A stretch of 64,000 nt of DNA, taken from assembly GCF_009914755.1 (NCBI RefSeq), contig NC_060927.1, one strand, 5' to 3'. Position numbers and translations under genes: made by a program. The notes under the pieces are model-generated. The model was not told where the DNA came from and made no database searches. It worked only from the letters and a program-made list of their open reading frames with translations. This document shows positions 25,591 to 41,022 of the stretch, one piece after another (position 1 is the first letter of the stretch; the number at the start of each line of letters is the position of its first letter). This DNA comes from the human T2T-CHM13v2.0 reference genome, Homo sapiens.

Positions 25591-26949
25591 CTGAGGAGCA
25601 CAGATAAGGAACAACTAATCCTACCCGGAAGAGCAAGAAAATGTGATATTTTAACTAGATCTTCTTTCATTTGTATTTATTTCTTGATATAGGGTGCTAC
25701 TATAAATTGGGTCATTTTGAAAGGAAGTTGGCGATAAATCAAATCCATTAATATAAACATTCCCATAATGTATGGCTCCTCTTCACTTTAAAAGTGCGCC
25801 AGGTAGCTTCTGAACTGTGCTCACACAGGGAGACGCATGGGTCTAAGCAATGCAACGAAAAGGCTTGATTCTCCCAGAGCCCTCTGGGGCTTGAACATCT
25901 GCAGTGGGGCAAGTTAGACCAACTTCAATAAAGAGTCAGTGCAACCTCCAGCCTCTGGTGCAAAGAAGCCATGAGCTTTGCTTCTCCTTGGCACAGAGGG
26001 TGACCTAGAAGCTGCAAAGCCAGGACCAAGTGGCAACTGCCATCTGTACAAAGCAGTGTTGTAATGGGGCTGGGGCTGGTAGGGGTGTGCAGTCCTTGCC
26101 CTAATTCTGCCTTTATGTTTCCTTTCTTGCCTCTCCCTCCCTGTCTGAAGCTAAAATTGAAAATAGAGTTTAGAATCTGAAGCTCTCTTACAACCCTCTT
26201 TTCTTTCCAATAGGCAAATAGTTCTCATCCATTTTCCACATAAGCCTTACTGTCTTGCTTGGCTAAAGTTTTTCTGACCCTCAAGGTACTTCAGATCATT
26301 TGTAGATAATGGGAAAAGCAGTGCCGTTTTATTAATAATAAAGGCCCAAAGCATAAACACATAGTGCCACTCAGCAATATTTATTTTTTAAAAAACCCAA
26401 ACACGAAACTTTCATGTATGCTGAAATTAAAAGAGCCTTTTCTTTCCTGCTTTTTTGACTTTCTAGCTCCACCCAACCACATTTTTGCTTTTCCTTAAAA
26501 TATGTACTAAGTGTACATTTAAGTGCAATAGATCATTCAGTACAGGCCAGGAGAGAGCTGATTTTGACTGGCCATCCTACCCTCTTCCCTTCTAAGACTC
26601 TTCAAATCAAAACTGTGATAATGGCCTTAGAAATCATCTTGCCTATACGTTTCCATTTTGCAGGTGTGGAAACAGACCCAGATATGCTATGAGATTTAAG
26701 ATGCCAAGAGATATTAAGGCCTAACAGTTAGAATTATAGCCAGGTCTTCAGGAATTTATTTACCTCCTGAGCTCCCATTTATTTCATCACTCTCACTGTC
26801 TTAAGAGTAAAATGCAGCTGAACTGTGCCTGTCATGATAGCTAATTTTCATCTTGAAGATTTCTTAGAGCCTATAGTCCAAGTAAACTACGAGATGGGAC
26901 AAAAGTAATTTACCTCACTCCACATGCCACTCCATTTCTCCTCTGTACC

Positions 26950-27102
26950 TCTAAGACCACCTGGGACTTTTTAAAAATACCAATATCAGGTCTTATTCTA
27001 GGCCTATTAGTTGAGAATCTCTCAGGGTTGAGCCCAAGTATTAGTATTTTTTAAAATCTCCCCAGGTGATTCTAACGTGTAGCCAGTGTTGAGAACCACT
27101 AG
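26950..27102. mobile_element. MER5-type hAT MITE
   Basis: ctccccaggtgattctaacgtgtagccagtgttgagaaccactag terminus. Confidence 0.75.
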
Positions 27103-27949
27103 GCTGAGACTGCTTCCTTGTTTTTAGTTTCATTTTGTTCTAGCCTCCTTTTTTTTCCATTTCCTCCTCTCTTCCTTTATTATTCTCGTTCATTCCCTTT
27201 GCTACTTCTCTCTTATCTGGCTATAATAGGGAATTGAAGTTTATTGTTACATGTTTGCTATATATATTAATTTTTGTTTGCTGCTTGGGCATAATTTTTA
27301 AATCAGGTGATTTGAATCTTTTTTTCTCCTTCAAAATATCTTTTCTTCACCCTTCACAAAATTTAATTAGGTTTTTGCTAACATATAGCCTTCGGTTAAC
27401 TTATTTTCCTGTGTGAAATGGACCTCTGTAGAAAAAAAAAAGGTGACAGAACTCTATCATTTAATGGTTATTAACATACCTTGGACACTATTGACCACCT
27501 TTTCTTTTCAAAACCCTTGACATTGCATTGTTCTGGCCTCTGACCACATCCTGACTGATGTTTCATGGCATCTATTTCTCTTCCAGCTCTAACAACCCAT
27601 TTCTGCTCTCACTGTACACAGTCTTCCTTGGTGATCTCACCTACTTCACAGCATCTGTCTCCCATCGGTGTCTCTTTCACTCTTAACTTTCACTCTTACT
27701 CTCTTTCTGCAACTTTATAATTATTAGCTGAATAATCTCTATCCTTACCTTTCTTAGTTCTTCAAAATCAACATAAACTCATCTTTTCCTCTTCTTTTTG
27801 CATCTCCACAAAAGGTTCTTTCTCCATTTATCAATGCATATAGTTGTTCATTTATATCCTAATTTGTTCAAATGATAAATAAGTGTTTGCTATCTACAAT
27901 ATACCAGGTAGAATGATAGGTAAGGAAAAGCAATTTTGAGAAATTGAGT

Positions 27950-28392
27950 TATCGTTAACAATTACTCACTTCTTCCTTCTCCTGGAGAAGGTACTATATC
28001 CCCGCTCATTGCTGTGTGATTTATGGTGTTTTCCGTGTGGAAAGTAATACTTTTCTGCTTCATTGACTTTGGGTTTGGTTGGCCATGTGACATATTTTGG
28101 GCAAAGGAATATGGGCTGTGATATACACCATGAGTGAGCAAAGGCTTTCAAAAAGCATTGCAAGTTTGGCCAATGCTCTGGCCCTGCCTTCCCTTGCCTG
28201 AGAGCAGTATTCCCAGAGAGGGCTTGCCCCTTCTTCCTGGCTTCTGGAACGAGAGGCCATAGGCAAGAGAGCTGCAGCCTGAAGCAGAGCTGCAGCTGAC
28301 TCACAGTCTACATATCATATGAGCAAGAAATAAATGATAGTTGAAAGCAAATGGTGCTTCGGAATTATTACAGCAGCTAAACTGTGTAATGC
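27950..28392 (+). mobile_element. MLT1-family solo LTR
   Basis: ttgactttgggtttggttggccatgtgac...gagcaagaaataaatg...cagcagctaaactg. Confidence 0.55.
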
Positions 28393-28834
28393 AGCAATGA
28401 TGAATTAAACACTGTCCTTACCAGCCAGGGCTCAGAGTTCAGCAGAGATCTCCAATTCCTAAGATTTGTCTCTTCAGACATTTTCAATTTTCCCTCTTCC
28501 AATCTTCTAGATTCAGCATCCACATTGCCAACTCCTTTTCACTGCCTGTCATTCTCTCAATTATTGTCATAGCCTTTATTTCGTTTCCCTGCTCTCAACC
28601 TGCTTTCTTAACTCAATTTTTCCTGATAAGTCATTGCCACAGTATATGTTCGTTATGAATCCAAGTATGTTGCAAGTAATCCAAATCTCAACTCAAATTG
28701 ATTTAAACAATGGAGATATTTATCTGGTTCATGTAACTGAGAGTGTTGAGGCAGAAATGACTTTAGGCAAGGCATGGTCCAATAATTCAAACAATACCAA
28801 GGACTTGTTTTCTCTCCATCATTTCTTTTTGACT

Positions 28835-30295
28835 TTTTTTTTTTAAATAAAAAAAACCACAGCTTTATTGAGATATATATCACATACCGTAAAATTCACC
28901 TGTTGAAAATATACAATTTAAGGGTTTTAAGTATATTCAGAGTCAAGCAATCATCACCACAAACAATTTTAGAACATTTTTCATCACCTCAGAAAGAAAC
29001 CCGTTAACCTTTAGGTATTACCCCCTAGTATCTCCATCCCCTCTTCCCCACAGGCCTAAGCAACAACTAATCTACTAGTATCTCCATCTCCCTCCCCCGC
29101 AGCCCTAAGCAACCACTAATCCACTTCCTGTGTCTCTAAATTGTCCTATTCTGGACATTTTATGCAAATAAAATCATGTACTACATGGTCCTTTGTGACT
29201 GGCATTTTTTCCCTTAGTATAATATTTTAAGGTTCATACATGTTATGGCATGTATCAATATTACATTGCTTTTCATGGCTGAGTAACATTCCATTGTATG
29301 ACTATACCACATTTTGTTTTTTAATTAGTTGATAGATATTTGGGTTGTTACATCTTTTGTCTGTTATGAATAATGCTGCTATGAACATTTGTGTATTTTT
29401 TTGTGAACATATGTTTTCAATTGTCTTGGAATGAAATTGCTGACCCATATGGTAATTCTGTTTAACTTTTTGAGGAATTGCCAGATTGTTTTCCAAAGTA
29501 TCTGCACCATTTCACAACCCCAACAGCAAGGTAGGCGGGTTTCAATTTCTCTAAATCTTCACCAACAACTATTATTGTCTGTCATTTTGATTATAGCCAT
29601 CCTAGTGGCTGTGAAGTGGTATCTCGTTGTGGTTTTTACTGGCATTTTCCTAATGACTAATAATGTGAGCATTTTTTTTTCATGCACTATTGGCTATTTA
29701 TATATCTTTTCTAGAGATGTGTCTATTCACATCATTTGTAGGTTTCTAAATCAAGTTCTCATTTTATTATTGAGTTGTAACAGCTCTTTATATATTCTTT
29801 ATATATTCTGGATACAAGTCTCTTTCTCAGATATATGATTTGCAAGTATTTTCTTCCACCTCGTGAATTGTCTTTTTATTTTTTATATTTATATTTATAT
29901 ATTATTTATTTATTTTATTACTATTTATTTATTTTATTCATTTATTTTATATTTTTTGTATTTTTATTTTTGTGATTTTGTGTCTTTTGAAGCACAAAAG
30001 TTTTTAATTTTGATGAAGTCTAATTTATCTATTTTTTCTTTTGTCGTGTGCTTTTTGTGCCACATAAAAGAATCTGTTGCCAAATATGAGGTCATAAAGA
30101 TTTACTGCTATGTTTTCTTAGAGTTTTGTAGTTTTAGCTCTTGCATCAAGATCTTTAATCCATTTTCAGTTATTTTTGCATATTGTATGAGGTTAAAAAT
30201 ATAACTTTACTCTTTTGCATGTGGCTATCTAATTGTTCTAACACTATTTGTTGAAAGGACTATTCTTTATCTATTCAATGGTCTTGGCATTGCAT
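28835..30295 (-). mobile_element. L1MB-like 3' portion
   Basis: poly-T, then cagctttattgagatata...aaattcacc; ttgattatagccatcctagtggctgtgaagtggtatctc. Confidence 0.85.
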
Positions 30296-30319
30296 TGAAA
30301 ATACAAATCAATTTGGGAG

Positions 30320-30765
<446 letters not shown>

Positions 30766-31890
30766 GTCTACCCATTCTCTAAGTTTTACTGATCTTCCTG
30801 AGCATATCTCCCAATCTGATCTGTTTGACTCTTCCTTTGAATATTTATCTTAGGCAGACCACTTTTATGCAACTGCCATGGCCTTCTCATATTTGTGTGA
30901 CTTTCAAAGGTTTAAATGGGATGTATATTGAGATGGATATTACCACTAGAGACTGGTTGGTTATCCATAAAGAAACTATATAGGTAGCATTATAGTAGAG
31001 AAACTGCTGTGGTCCAACCCGTAATTCTAGCCTCACTATTCAAAAATTCTATCTTGTCAGTGTTCCACGTCAATCACATCTAGCTCACAATTCTTAAATG
31101 CACAAAAGTATGAACATGAGCCAAGAATGAAATTATGTTAATTTAGAATGAGATCAACTGTCTAGTAAACTGGTCATACTAGTGGATGGTCGTTCTCTGG
31201 CTATACAACAAATGCAATAGCAAAAGCCAGAAATTTGCTTGGTAGGCATGTAATCAGAGCGATGCTGTGATTCAAAAGCTTGGTACAAAAGATACTCTAG
31301 TCAAAAGCAGCTTCACAGTAGGGCTAAACCAGACAACAGAATTCAATAGTGTTTATCTCTGTGGCTCTCCTTTATCCAAGGATCACCTGATTCTTGTCCA
31401 TCTTGCTTCTAGTCCAGGAAATATTCTATCTCCATGCTGCCGTTTTACAGACTTCTGATCATTCCTTATTCTCTGATTTCATAATTTGAATCCTAGAAAG
31501 AAGCCTTGCAGTAGTCCCAGCCAATGCTTGTTTTTTTCCCTCCTTGAGATTGTAAATTCCATAAGACAAAGACTGACTAGAGATTTGTATCTCTTGCAGT
31601 ACCTACCATAGATCTGAGTGTTATAAGTATGATTAAAATGAACTGAATCTTGAGGAAATGTGCTATCTTCAAAACACATTTATTGGTAACTTTCTTTTCC
31701 TTCATGATATTGTGTATGACAATAGCAGAAATTTAAAATTCTGTCAATGTGGCTAATGTCAATTTCCTGCATTATATTGCTTCTCTATATTGAATAGATT
31801 TATTCTGAGGAATCCATGCCTTGTTTTATGTGAAGTCACTCAAGTAATTTTAACTCAAAAATAGCTATTACAAGTGCACTATCTTCTATT

Positions 31891-32290
31891 TCAGTGATTC
31901 TCAAACTTAGCTGTGAATCAGAATCACTGGGAGGGCTTGCTAAAACATAGATTGCTGATCCCCACCCCAGAACTTCTGATTAAGTAGGTCTGGGTTAGGG
32001 ACCCAGAATTTGCATTTGTAACAGTCTTGTCCTCAGGTGGTGCTGATGCTGCTGGTTAAGAACTAAGTATGCTTGGAGAACCATTGCTCTCCTTCATCCC
32101 TCTTGGTCTTCAATGTTTGAATTGAAGCCTCAAAGTGTGGTCTGTGGGCCCAAAAACCTTCAGTACCCAAGAATTTATTAGAAGTCAAAGAGTTCGGGCC
32201 CCACTCGTGACCTCTGAGTCAGAATCTGGATTGTAACAAGATCGCTCAGGTGATGTGTATGCAAGTCATTAAAATTAGAGAAGCATTGAC
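31891..32290. mobile_element. Two adjacent MER5-type MITEs
   Basis: cagtgattctcaaactt...gagaaccattg; then tcaaagtgtggtc...gagaagcattg. Confidence 0.75.
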
Positions 32291-32427
32291 TTAGAGCACC
32301 AAGAGAGGTCACTTGCAAGCAGGCTAGAGAGGTGTCAAGTGAACAATGATCTAATTAAAAGTAACAGGAACCTGCAAGTGTGCTACATTGTGCATATTTA
32401 AGACTAAGCTGAGAGCAAAGAAAACAA

Positions 32428-32810
32428 TGTGACTAAATCAGTCAGGGTCTTGGCAGGACACAGATGGGACTGAGTACTCAAAGAGGGAATTAAAGAGACT
32501 TTATTAAAGACATTATGTTAAAAGATATGGGCAGGATCAAGCTTACCTATAATAGATGATAAAACACTTATTAATATCAGCAAGAAGCTCTTACCACCAG
32601 TAGGCCTAAATGGCAAGGAGATCTGAAGGGAAGTGGAAGGCAGAAAAACACCCAGACTTCTTCTTCTTCTCATCCTTTAGTATCCTCATGCCTTCCACTG
32701 GCCAAATCCACCTAGAAGGCCAAGGGCACCCCAACCTAGCTAATACAGCCTCTAGAAGTCAGCCTCCTAGGGGCACAGAGAAGAATGCAGCAGGGTGGAG
32801 AGCTCTCCCT
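32428..32810. mobile_element. Ancient ERVL-like LTR fragment
   Basis: aatcagtcagggtcttggcagga...cactggccaaatccacctagaaggccaagggca. Confidence 0.45.
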
Positions 32811-33344
32811 TAAAAGAGTCATTTATTGTCCAGGTACCAGTCAGAGTAGGTCAGATTGAAAGTTATACCCTTATTTTTTTAATATCCAAATAAAAGTATA
32901 TGGGGGAAATGTTAATAATGTTGATATAGAATCAAAAAAATTAATAATGTTGATAGAGAAAATCCAAATATTCCTTCTTCACCTGCAACTGAGAAAATCC
33001 TAATGTCTGCCACCAAAGGAGAAAGCCTACAAGGTGGCATGTAATAATAACTTAGATACCGGTCAGTGAGTCAGCTGGCCATTCTTGCTGACCAAGATTG
33101 TCTGTAGAGCTCATATTGTAAATGAGGAATGGAAAAGTGAATAGGTAGCTGATCATCTCAGTGACTACAGGAACTGTGCAAAGGCTGGGTAAGCTTTGTT
33201 GGGATGAGCATGATGATAGAAGGTTCAAGCCAGGTCTCATGTGGAAACAAGAGTGAATGGGCAATTATTCTCTGGAGTGATTTTAAAATGTCTTAGGGTG
33301 AATTCTCTTGAAGGATGACACTCTGTGTATTGCTTATCCTAGGT

Positions 33345-33512
33345 CATAGCTTCCCATGTTATCATGAGTGCATATAAATTTCCCAGGGATCGTGTTAAAA
33401 TACAGATTCTCCTTTAGTAAGTCTGGGCTAGGCCCTGAGATTTTGCAACTCTAACAAGCTCCTATGCGATACTAATGTTGTTGACCTTAGGAATACACTT
33501 TGAGTAGCAAGG
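33345..33512. mobile_element. MER5-type MITE
   Basis: tgttaaaatacagattc...gtctggg...ttctaacaagctc-like...cactttgagtagcaagg. Confidence 0.7.
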
Positions 33513-36500
33513 TCCTAAGGCACAGAAAATCAAGAACAATCTTGATTCCACTGAAATTGGGATTTTCCTGTCTTTGGCCTTTGGAAAATGGGTGGTAAAT
33601 TAAAGTAGATCCATGGGAGGAAGACAGGATGGGTTGTGGAGGCAGTACAAGATCATAACTTTTTGTAGCCCATAACTTATTCTCTTCTTTTCCCCAGCAG
33701 GGAAAAGCTATAGAATTTGTTCTTTTTGTTTTCAACTTTTCTTGTCTTAGTCCCTAACATACTCCTTAGCCCCTAACATATCCCTACAGCAATCCCTTTG
33801 ATCTTCAAATAAACCTTGTTTTATCCCATTACAAATGTTGAAGCAGGAACCACAGTTGCATGTAATTTGTGTTCCATACCTTCTTGGAGTTGGCTTTTTA
33901 TGTACATAGGTCTAAGATGAGGTAAAGAAGTGAGTTCGATTCCACTGTCTTTGATAATAAAGCATATTTGACAGTCTATAAAGTGTCATTGTCCAACATT
34001 TCCAAGGACATAGAATCCTTGTGAACTAGTCATCACCACTGTAAAGGTAAAAACTATGCCTAAGAGACAAGTCACTAACTTACACTGCCCCCTTGAAGAA
34101 GTTACAAATCTATAGGCAATGAGTCAATCAGCAACACTCACTGAACACCTACTACATGCCTTGCATTATGGTAGAGATTGTGATAATATAGAAAAACAAG
34201 GACTCTGGATCTAGAGGTGACAACTAAGATGAAAGGCAAAAATCAATATGTGAAGCAATAACAAATTGTGATCAGTCAGGGTGGACTTTGCCATCTCGCA
34301 TTGGCTCTACACCATACACTACATATATAAAGGATATTTCAACAGTGATTTACAACTTCAGAAATAAAAAAATCATTCTCAGCTAATGATCTTAAAACTT
34401 ACTCCATTCTTATTTGCCATTTTACCTGGTAATGAGTTATCTCCCCAATCCCAACCTTAGATTACTCTTTCAATCATTTTAATTTTCTACCCACTCATAC
34501 TGGGTTAGGCTACCTTAACTAATTCCATTCTCTGAATCCCACCCTATCGTGGGGTCAGGGCTCCTACAGGGTAGACCCAAGGGCCATGGGAATACTGAAT
34601 AGATGTGATATTTGAGTTGTGTCTTCAAAAAAAGTCAGAGTTTGTCAAGTGAAAAAGTTGAGGAAAACATTTATGGTGGTTTCCAAGCAGTAATAACATG
34701 GTGCAAAGGCATGTAACAATATCAGATCTATGCCAGGGAATACTAGGAATAAGCTTGAAAATCCATTTACAAAGAGCTGTGATGTGCATCCTTTTTCAGT
34801 AGAATGATACAGATTGCTCTTCCATATGTTGTAAGGCCATTAGTACAATTCAGCTTGCCGTGAAGGCTGGCGCAAGATGAACCTTTGATCTTACTGCACT
34901 AGTACTTCTTTGAAGTAAATGTGACCCTTATTTTAGGTCCTGATGATTATCAAGAACTAGAAGGTCCTAGTTATTTTCCAAGCTTAAAACTTCCCCTAGG
35001 CATTCCACTAAATACACTGGTCTTAATGTGGTATTAGGCACATTTGGGACAGATAAGCAGACATTCAAAAAAAAAAAATAAACAGTTTAGTAAATATTTT
35101 ACTAAAATGTTATAATTTTGGTCACAGAGCCTCATATGCTTTTTGACCTTTGCTTATTTTCTCAAAATACCACTAAGACCACCAACACTGTCAAAGAAAG
35201 TGATGGATAGTTTAGCAAGATTCAAACTTAGAATGGAATACCACTAAAATGTCATGTTGTTCAATATACTGGGGCAAAATAAACCCAGGATATTTGGTTC
35301 ATATGGAAACCAAAAACAAAACAAAACAAAAAACAAACAGAGAAATCCATGCAGTGACCCATGGAGAGTTGACACATGTGCTGATGCTCTATATCCATCA
35401 AAATGATTGAGGGGAACTCCCAGGTTGATCCTATACATAGTTCATCAGAAGCCACATCTGTTCTCTTTCGCCAATATGTAAGTGTGCTGTGTCTTGATCA
35501 GCTGTCTCAAGATTTTAAGTCCCTTTTGTCCTTTCCCAATATAAATAGCAAGGCAAGGCCTTTTGAATTCACTTTGGAACACTCTCAAAACCCAACAGGT
35601 GTTGGCCTTTGCTGACCTCTGGGGGCCTTTCCCCTCTTTGAGGGGGGACTGTCTGCTCTTCCCCAAAGGGATAGCCCCACCAGACAACCACAGGGTGACA
35701 GCTGGCATCCTCACACAACACATACCAGCAAGGAGGAGAGCTCAGGAGCGACAGCCAAGAATATTCGGCACTAGCCCCTCTTCCTTGTAAACCACCCATT
35801 GGGGAAAAAGTGGAAAACAGAATTGCTGAGAATCTTATGTTTCTTAGAAATGCAATTACCACAGATGTAAACGATATGGGAAGTTACAGGCTTACAGGCT
35901 GCCATCAGGAAAAACTAGCTACTTAGAGGTGAAAGCAATGTCTTTGGAACATGGTAAATGAAAACGCAAATGAAAGTTGTTCAAAAAGGATTCTCAGGGA
36001 GGGGATGAGAATGGTGATACTGCAGAGCTTTTTTTTTTTTTTTCTTTTTTTTGGTTGTGAGGATTTGGCCCTCAAATTAGGGTTGCTAGATTATGCAAAT
36101 AAAAAGAGAGGATGTCTATTAAATCTTAATTTCAGGTGAATTAACAAAGGTTTTTGGATAAATATATTCTATGTAATATTTGGGACATATTTATACTAAA
36201 AAGTTATTTGTTGTTTTACCTGAAATGCAAATTTAACTGGATGCTTTGTATTTTTCTGATAATGTGCCTCAAAATCTAACAATCTGTTTATTCTTCTGAT
36301 TCCTGATTGTTCTCCTCCAGAGACCAATAGTGACACTTCCACGCCAAAATGAAACTTTATTGCAAGCTTTTGAGATAAATGGAAAACCTCAGTCATAGAG
36401 TCTCAATTGTATAACTGGAATGGACTCTCTGTATGATGCTGCTCACTTCTTTCTGCTCGCTCCAATTTTCATATAAATTTAAAGAACGTGTCTTTTGTTT

Positions 36501-38354
36501 TAGATTATTGTATAATTAACCTCTTTGTCAGAAGAAATGAGACAAGCATATTAAATGAAATTTAATTTAATTTGACTAATAGTTGTTCCATGCTGAGCTA
36601 GGCATGATCTGGCAAAGGAGGGGCTGGTGATGTAGTCTGTCAGGAATGTTCTGCTTATTCTGCCTCTGATGGGCTACACACAAAAAAAAATTTCAATAAG
36701 ATCAATGTGGCCTGCCATTCAGCAGAGTTAAATAAATACTCAATGCTCACTATCTACCATTTTCTGGATCAGACGCTGAAGATGTAGAGATGTATAAACC
36801 GTTGCCTCCACATGCTGACTCCCTGATAGGTGATATATAATGGAGAAAAGATTAATTTTATTTGGTAGCATCAAGGAAGGCTTCACAGAAGATGTGATGG
36901 AAAGAGAAAATCTCCGTTTTAGAAAAAGTGCAGCAGGGGCAAGAAATTTGGGGAAAATGTAAAAGGTATCCTATTATCTTGGGATTTTCCTAGGCTTTCT
37001 GGTCATCCCATGAATGTTTGTGGGATTACTTGCTTCATTCTGTCAGAAACACTTGTATTTCCTGCATATTAATAGCATTTATTGGTAAATTTTAAAAAGC
37101 TGACCAAGTTGTCACTACAGGGCAGAGAATTCATATAAGGAATTGGAGGTCTGTGAACCTCTTGAGATTATATATACCAATTTATGTGTACAGATAATGT
37201 GAATTTTTCTAAGAAAGAGGGGCTTATAGTTTTTTTAATTAACAAAGTATTCTATAAGCTTTCAAACATTAAAAATCTCTGTCATCTAGAAATCAGAATG
37301 TTCATCAAAATAACATTATGTAATAATTAAATATATAGTAAAAAACTTTCTGCAAAGACATTATACAAGCTTTGGGGAACAAAACAAGGGGAGTCACTAA
37401 GCTTATGTAAAAACATCAATCTTTGTAGGAAAAAAGTGGGAATCATGTGATTGAAATAATGTTATTATTATAGAATCATAGTACTGAAGGGGCACTGAGA
37501 GATTTCTATTTTATTAACACTGATCTTCCAGTCACCAGTGAGGATCTCCTTGTCTCCATGGGTCTCACCTAGATGATCTGACAATTGTCTCAACATTTCC
37601 TCCATGTATAATATTTATACTTATAAACATTGATTCATGAAACCAAGGCATAATGAAATTCAGAGCAGTTCCCTAAATGTATTCGCATCTACCCTTTCTC
37701 CTACTTTAAGTTTTTCCATTTTGTTTAGAATCTGTTTCTAAGAGGGGAATATTTATTGACTATTCTGTCACTATGACAATCTTATGAGGCATAGTTTCTA
37801 AATTCCCATTTTACCTATGAAGACACTGAGACTCAACAAAGCTAAGTTACTTACCTAAGCCAGGAAAGCTAGAAAGGGTGTTCTGAATGTTGGTTATCAA
37901 AGAGGATGGAAGGAGGTGAGTATGCAACTAAGTGAAGGGATCCAGTCTGAACAGAGGACTTGAAGTGAATTGTGTTATATTTGATGATTCTGCTTACCTG
38001 CTCTCTGGATTTGCAAGCCCACCATTATTTCCATGATACACTTATTGGGAATTTCCTGCTTTTAGTATTTTTATTCCAAATACAAATATGTTATTGAATG
38101 CAAATGTTATAATTCAACATAATATAACTTTATATAGAATATAATAATGGATCATATTATCATGCTTCCTGGGGTTCATATAGTCGACAAAATAATGACT
38201 CTATGCAGCCAAGTGAATCAAAGAGGAAGGGATTTTATTCTGGTGGCATGGTGTAGTTTAGACTAAAACACAATTAGCAAACAAAGATAAAACCAAGCAT
38301 TTATCCATTAGATATTTTAAAATTTTAACTATTTAGGTCCAACAGTAGATCCCT

Positions 38355-39025
38355 GTGGCAGACGCCACTAACACCAAATTTACATGAGCTTCTCTATATT
38401 ACTCAGCCTCCTTTGCAGTTAATTTAGGGCCACATGCCTAGTACTGGTAAATGTCATGCATTGTTTCTAGATTGAGGCACTTAAGAGCCACAGTACCAAC
38501 CTCCATCCCTTTCATCTCCTATTCTGGTAACTTTGGAGGCCAAAGGTTTCAAATGTCATAGCTATGAGGTGCAGAAGAAGCAACCAATCCATACCAGGCT
38601 TTCCATGAGTGAGAAGCAAGCATTCAGTGTGTTCAGTCTCTGAGATTTTGCGGGCTTAGTCTACTGTGTAGCTACTCTCAAAGTGTAAAAACTAACAATG
38701 TCAGCATCCTTTGGAAATTTGTTAGAAATGCAGAATCTATTCTCAATCCCAGAGATACTAACCAGAATCTACATTTTAACAATATTCCTGGATGAATAAT
38801 GTGCATATTAATTATAGAAGCTCTGTTTTAAACTATATTTGCAATTCTGGTAACTTGGAATGCTAGTAGTGATATTCAGAGAATACCAAACCTGATTTGT
38901 ATGAAAGTCAATAGCTTAGATTTTCAAAAACACAGAGATCTGTGACCTACTGCAGAAGAATTTCTGGAAGTAAGCCTAGAAATTTCTACTAAAATTTCCT
39001 AGTGATTCTGATAATTGGCTACATT
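38355..39025. mobile_element. MLT1J-like LTR followed by MER5-type fragments
   Basis: tgtggcaga...cagcctcctttgcagtta...ggccacatg; then tgttagaaatgcagaatct. Confidence 0.55.
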
Positions 39026-40222
39026 TAAATCTTTGTCAGTTCCAACTGGGAATATAGATAGATACACATGATCACGTTAAATTTTGCTATTTTAGAATAA
39101 TTATGAATTACATAAATAATAAAAATTTAGTTAACAAATGTTCTGTGAAGAGTTCCTGGTACTTATATACAGAGTCCATGAAATTAATGTTTATGTCACT
39201 TGTTATCTAATTTGAGGTGCAAAGTGATTTTCAACTTTTATTAGCCTCAGAAACTCTGGGCAAACAGAAAATCTGAACAGGGAGGGGTGGAGAATGCATT
39301 GCCTTCATTTGCACTGCTTTTTCCAACTAGCTGTCTTGCTTCAGTCCTTTCCAGGCTACACGTATCTTTGAGTTTAAAAGAGCCTGCAGCTGTCTTCATT
39401 TAGCAGTTTCCTTATCAGAATGAGGCAGTTCCACATCCTTTTGCAGACAGACATCAAAATACTGGCTCTTCCCTTCTTTATTTCTGACTGTCTCCCCTGT
39501 GAGTCAAAACCACAGTAAAAAAGGATTGTCACACAGTAAGCTCACCACCGAAGAGTGGAGAGTACCTGGCTGCCTTATGAAAAGTCAGTTAGAGTCCCTC
39601 TTTTTAAGGTTCTCACTGGGATGGTTTTTATTTTGCATAAAATTTGTTTTAAAAATCCTCTCTGTCCCTTTTGAACTGCATCAGCAGCTTTCAGCTCCTT
39701 TCAGAAACCCCTTGGCTGCTGGCCTTTTCTCTCTGAATACCCGTTAAGCAGGCAACACAATAGGAAAATCTTTAAACATGGTTTTGCAGAGTTGTTTTCT
39801 CATAACAACTCCAATTTTAAATTACAAAAAAAATCTCATTTTTTATCAACATGCTAAGTCTAAGACAATATTCAGCTGACATAGCTGAATGGGCATTTGC
39901 CTGATTTCATGGAGGCTCCTAGCCATGGGTAGAATAAAGTATTTCCAACAAGGACCTAAGTAAGGTCCAACCCCTAACGAAGAAATGCCATTTATTTCAA
40001 GGACTTACAAAACAGGGAATGTGGCTGGAAGAGAGGAGGGGGCAGAAGTCACCAGATATTGTAGGAACTTGGGCATCAAGGGAAGGAGAAGGGGAACAGA
40101 AAGGGTGGGATGGAGGAGGTGGCAAAAAACAGATCCTGGGGAGGAAAGAGGAAGACAAAAGAGGGAGGCATGTTGAAAGTAAGGCTATTGTTTTTCACAG
40201 TTTAAGCAGTAAATCTTTTTCA

Positions 40223-40600
<378 letters not shown>

Positions 40601-41008
40601 TCAAACAACCGGTTAATAATTGGCTAGTATCTGTGTGGTGTTAACAGGTTCATTTGTAGATATTCTCTTAAATAATTATTTATTCCTCCTACACAGGATA
40701 ATCAGGCTGGTTGAATGTGTGAACTATTCACACATTAAAAGATCCACACTCAATGAAGAGAGTTATGAAGTAACGTTTCTCTCTCTCTCATGACTTTTGG
40801 GTTTTATTACCATTTCAGCTCTGAATCTCCTCTGACTTAGGATCACCCTAACCTGAGGATGCCTTTTGGCTCTGTTTTTGTCTCTTTCTTTAAACTACTT
40901 TCTCTCATTCTTCCTTGCCCTCCAGTCTGTACTTTCCCTTCATGTTATCTGCTTCTCCCTGGAGGCAATATTCCTTGCCTGCCTTGTATTTTAAAGGGCC
41001 AATCCAGA

Positions 41009-41022
41009 GCGCCACCTAGTGC
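41009..41022 (-). promoter_or_regulatory. Candidate CTCF binding site
   Basis: gcgccacctagtgc; minus strand gcactaggtggcgct, close to the CTCF core CCACYAGRKGGCRS; CpG retained in CpG-poor unique DNA. Confidence 0.6.

Noticed and set aside
29431-30204. Long membrane-protein-like ORFs
   Set aside because: Antisense L1MB and T-rich low complexity
32912-32965. 29-bp direct repeat (similar short duplications at 42405, 50940, 52143, 52630)
   Set aside because: Two-copy slippage duplications with no spacer array; not CRISPR-like
35445-35862. Overlapping ORFs in a slightly GC-richer unique patch
   Set aside because: No recognisable protein, no CpG island and no convincing splice-site pair
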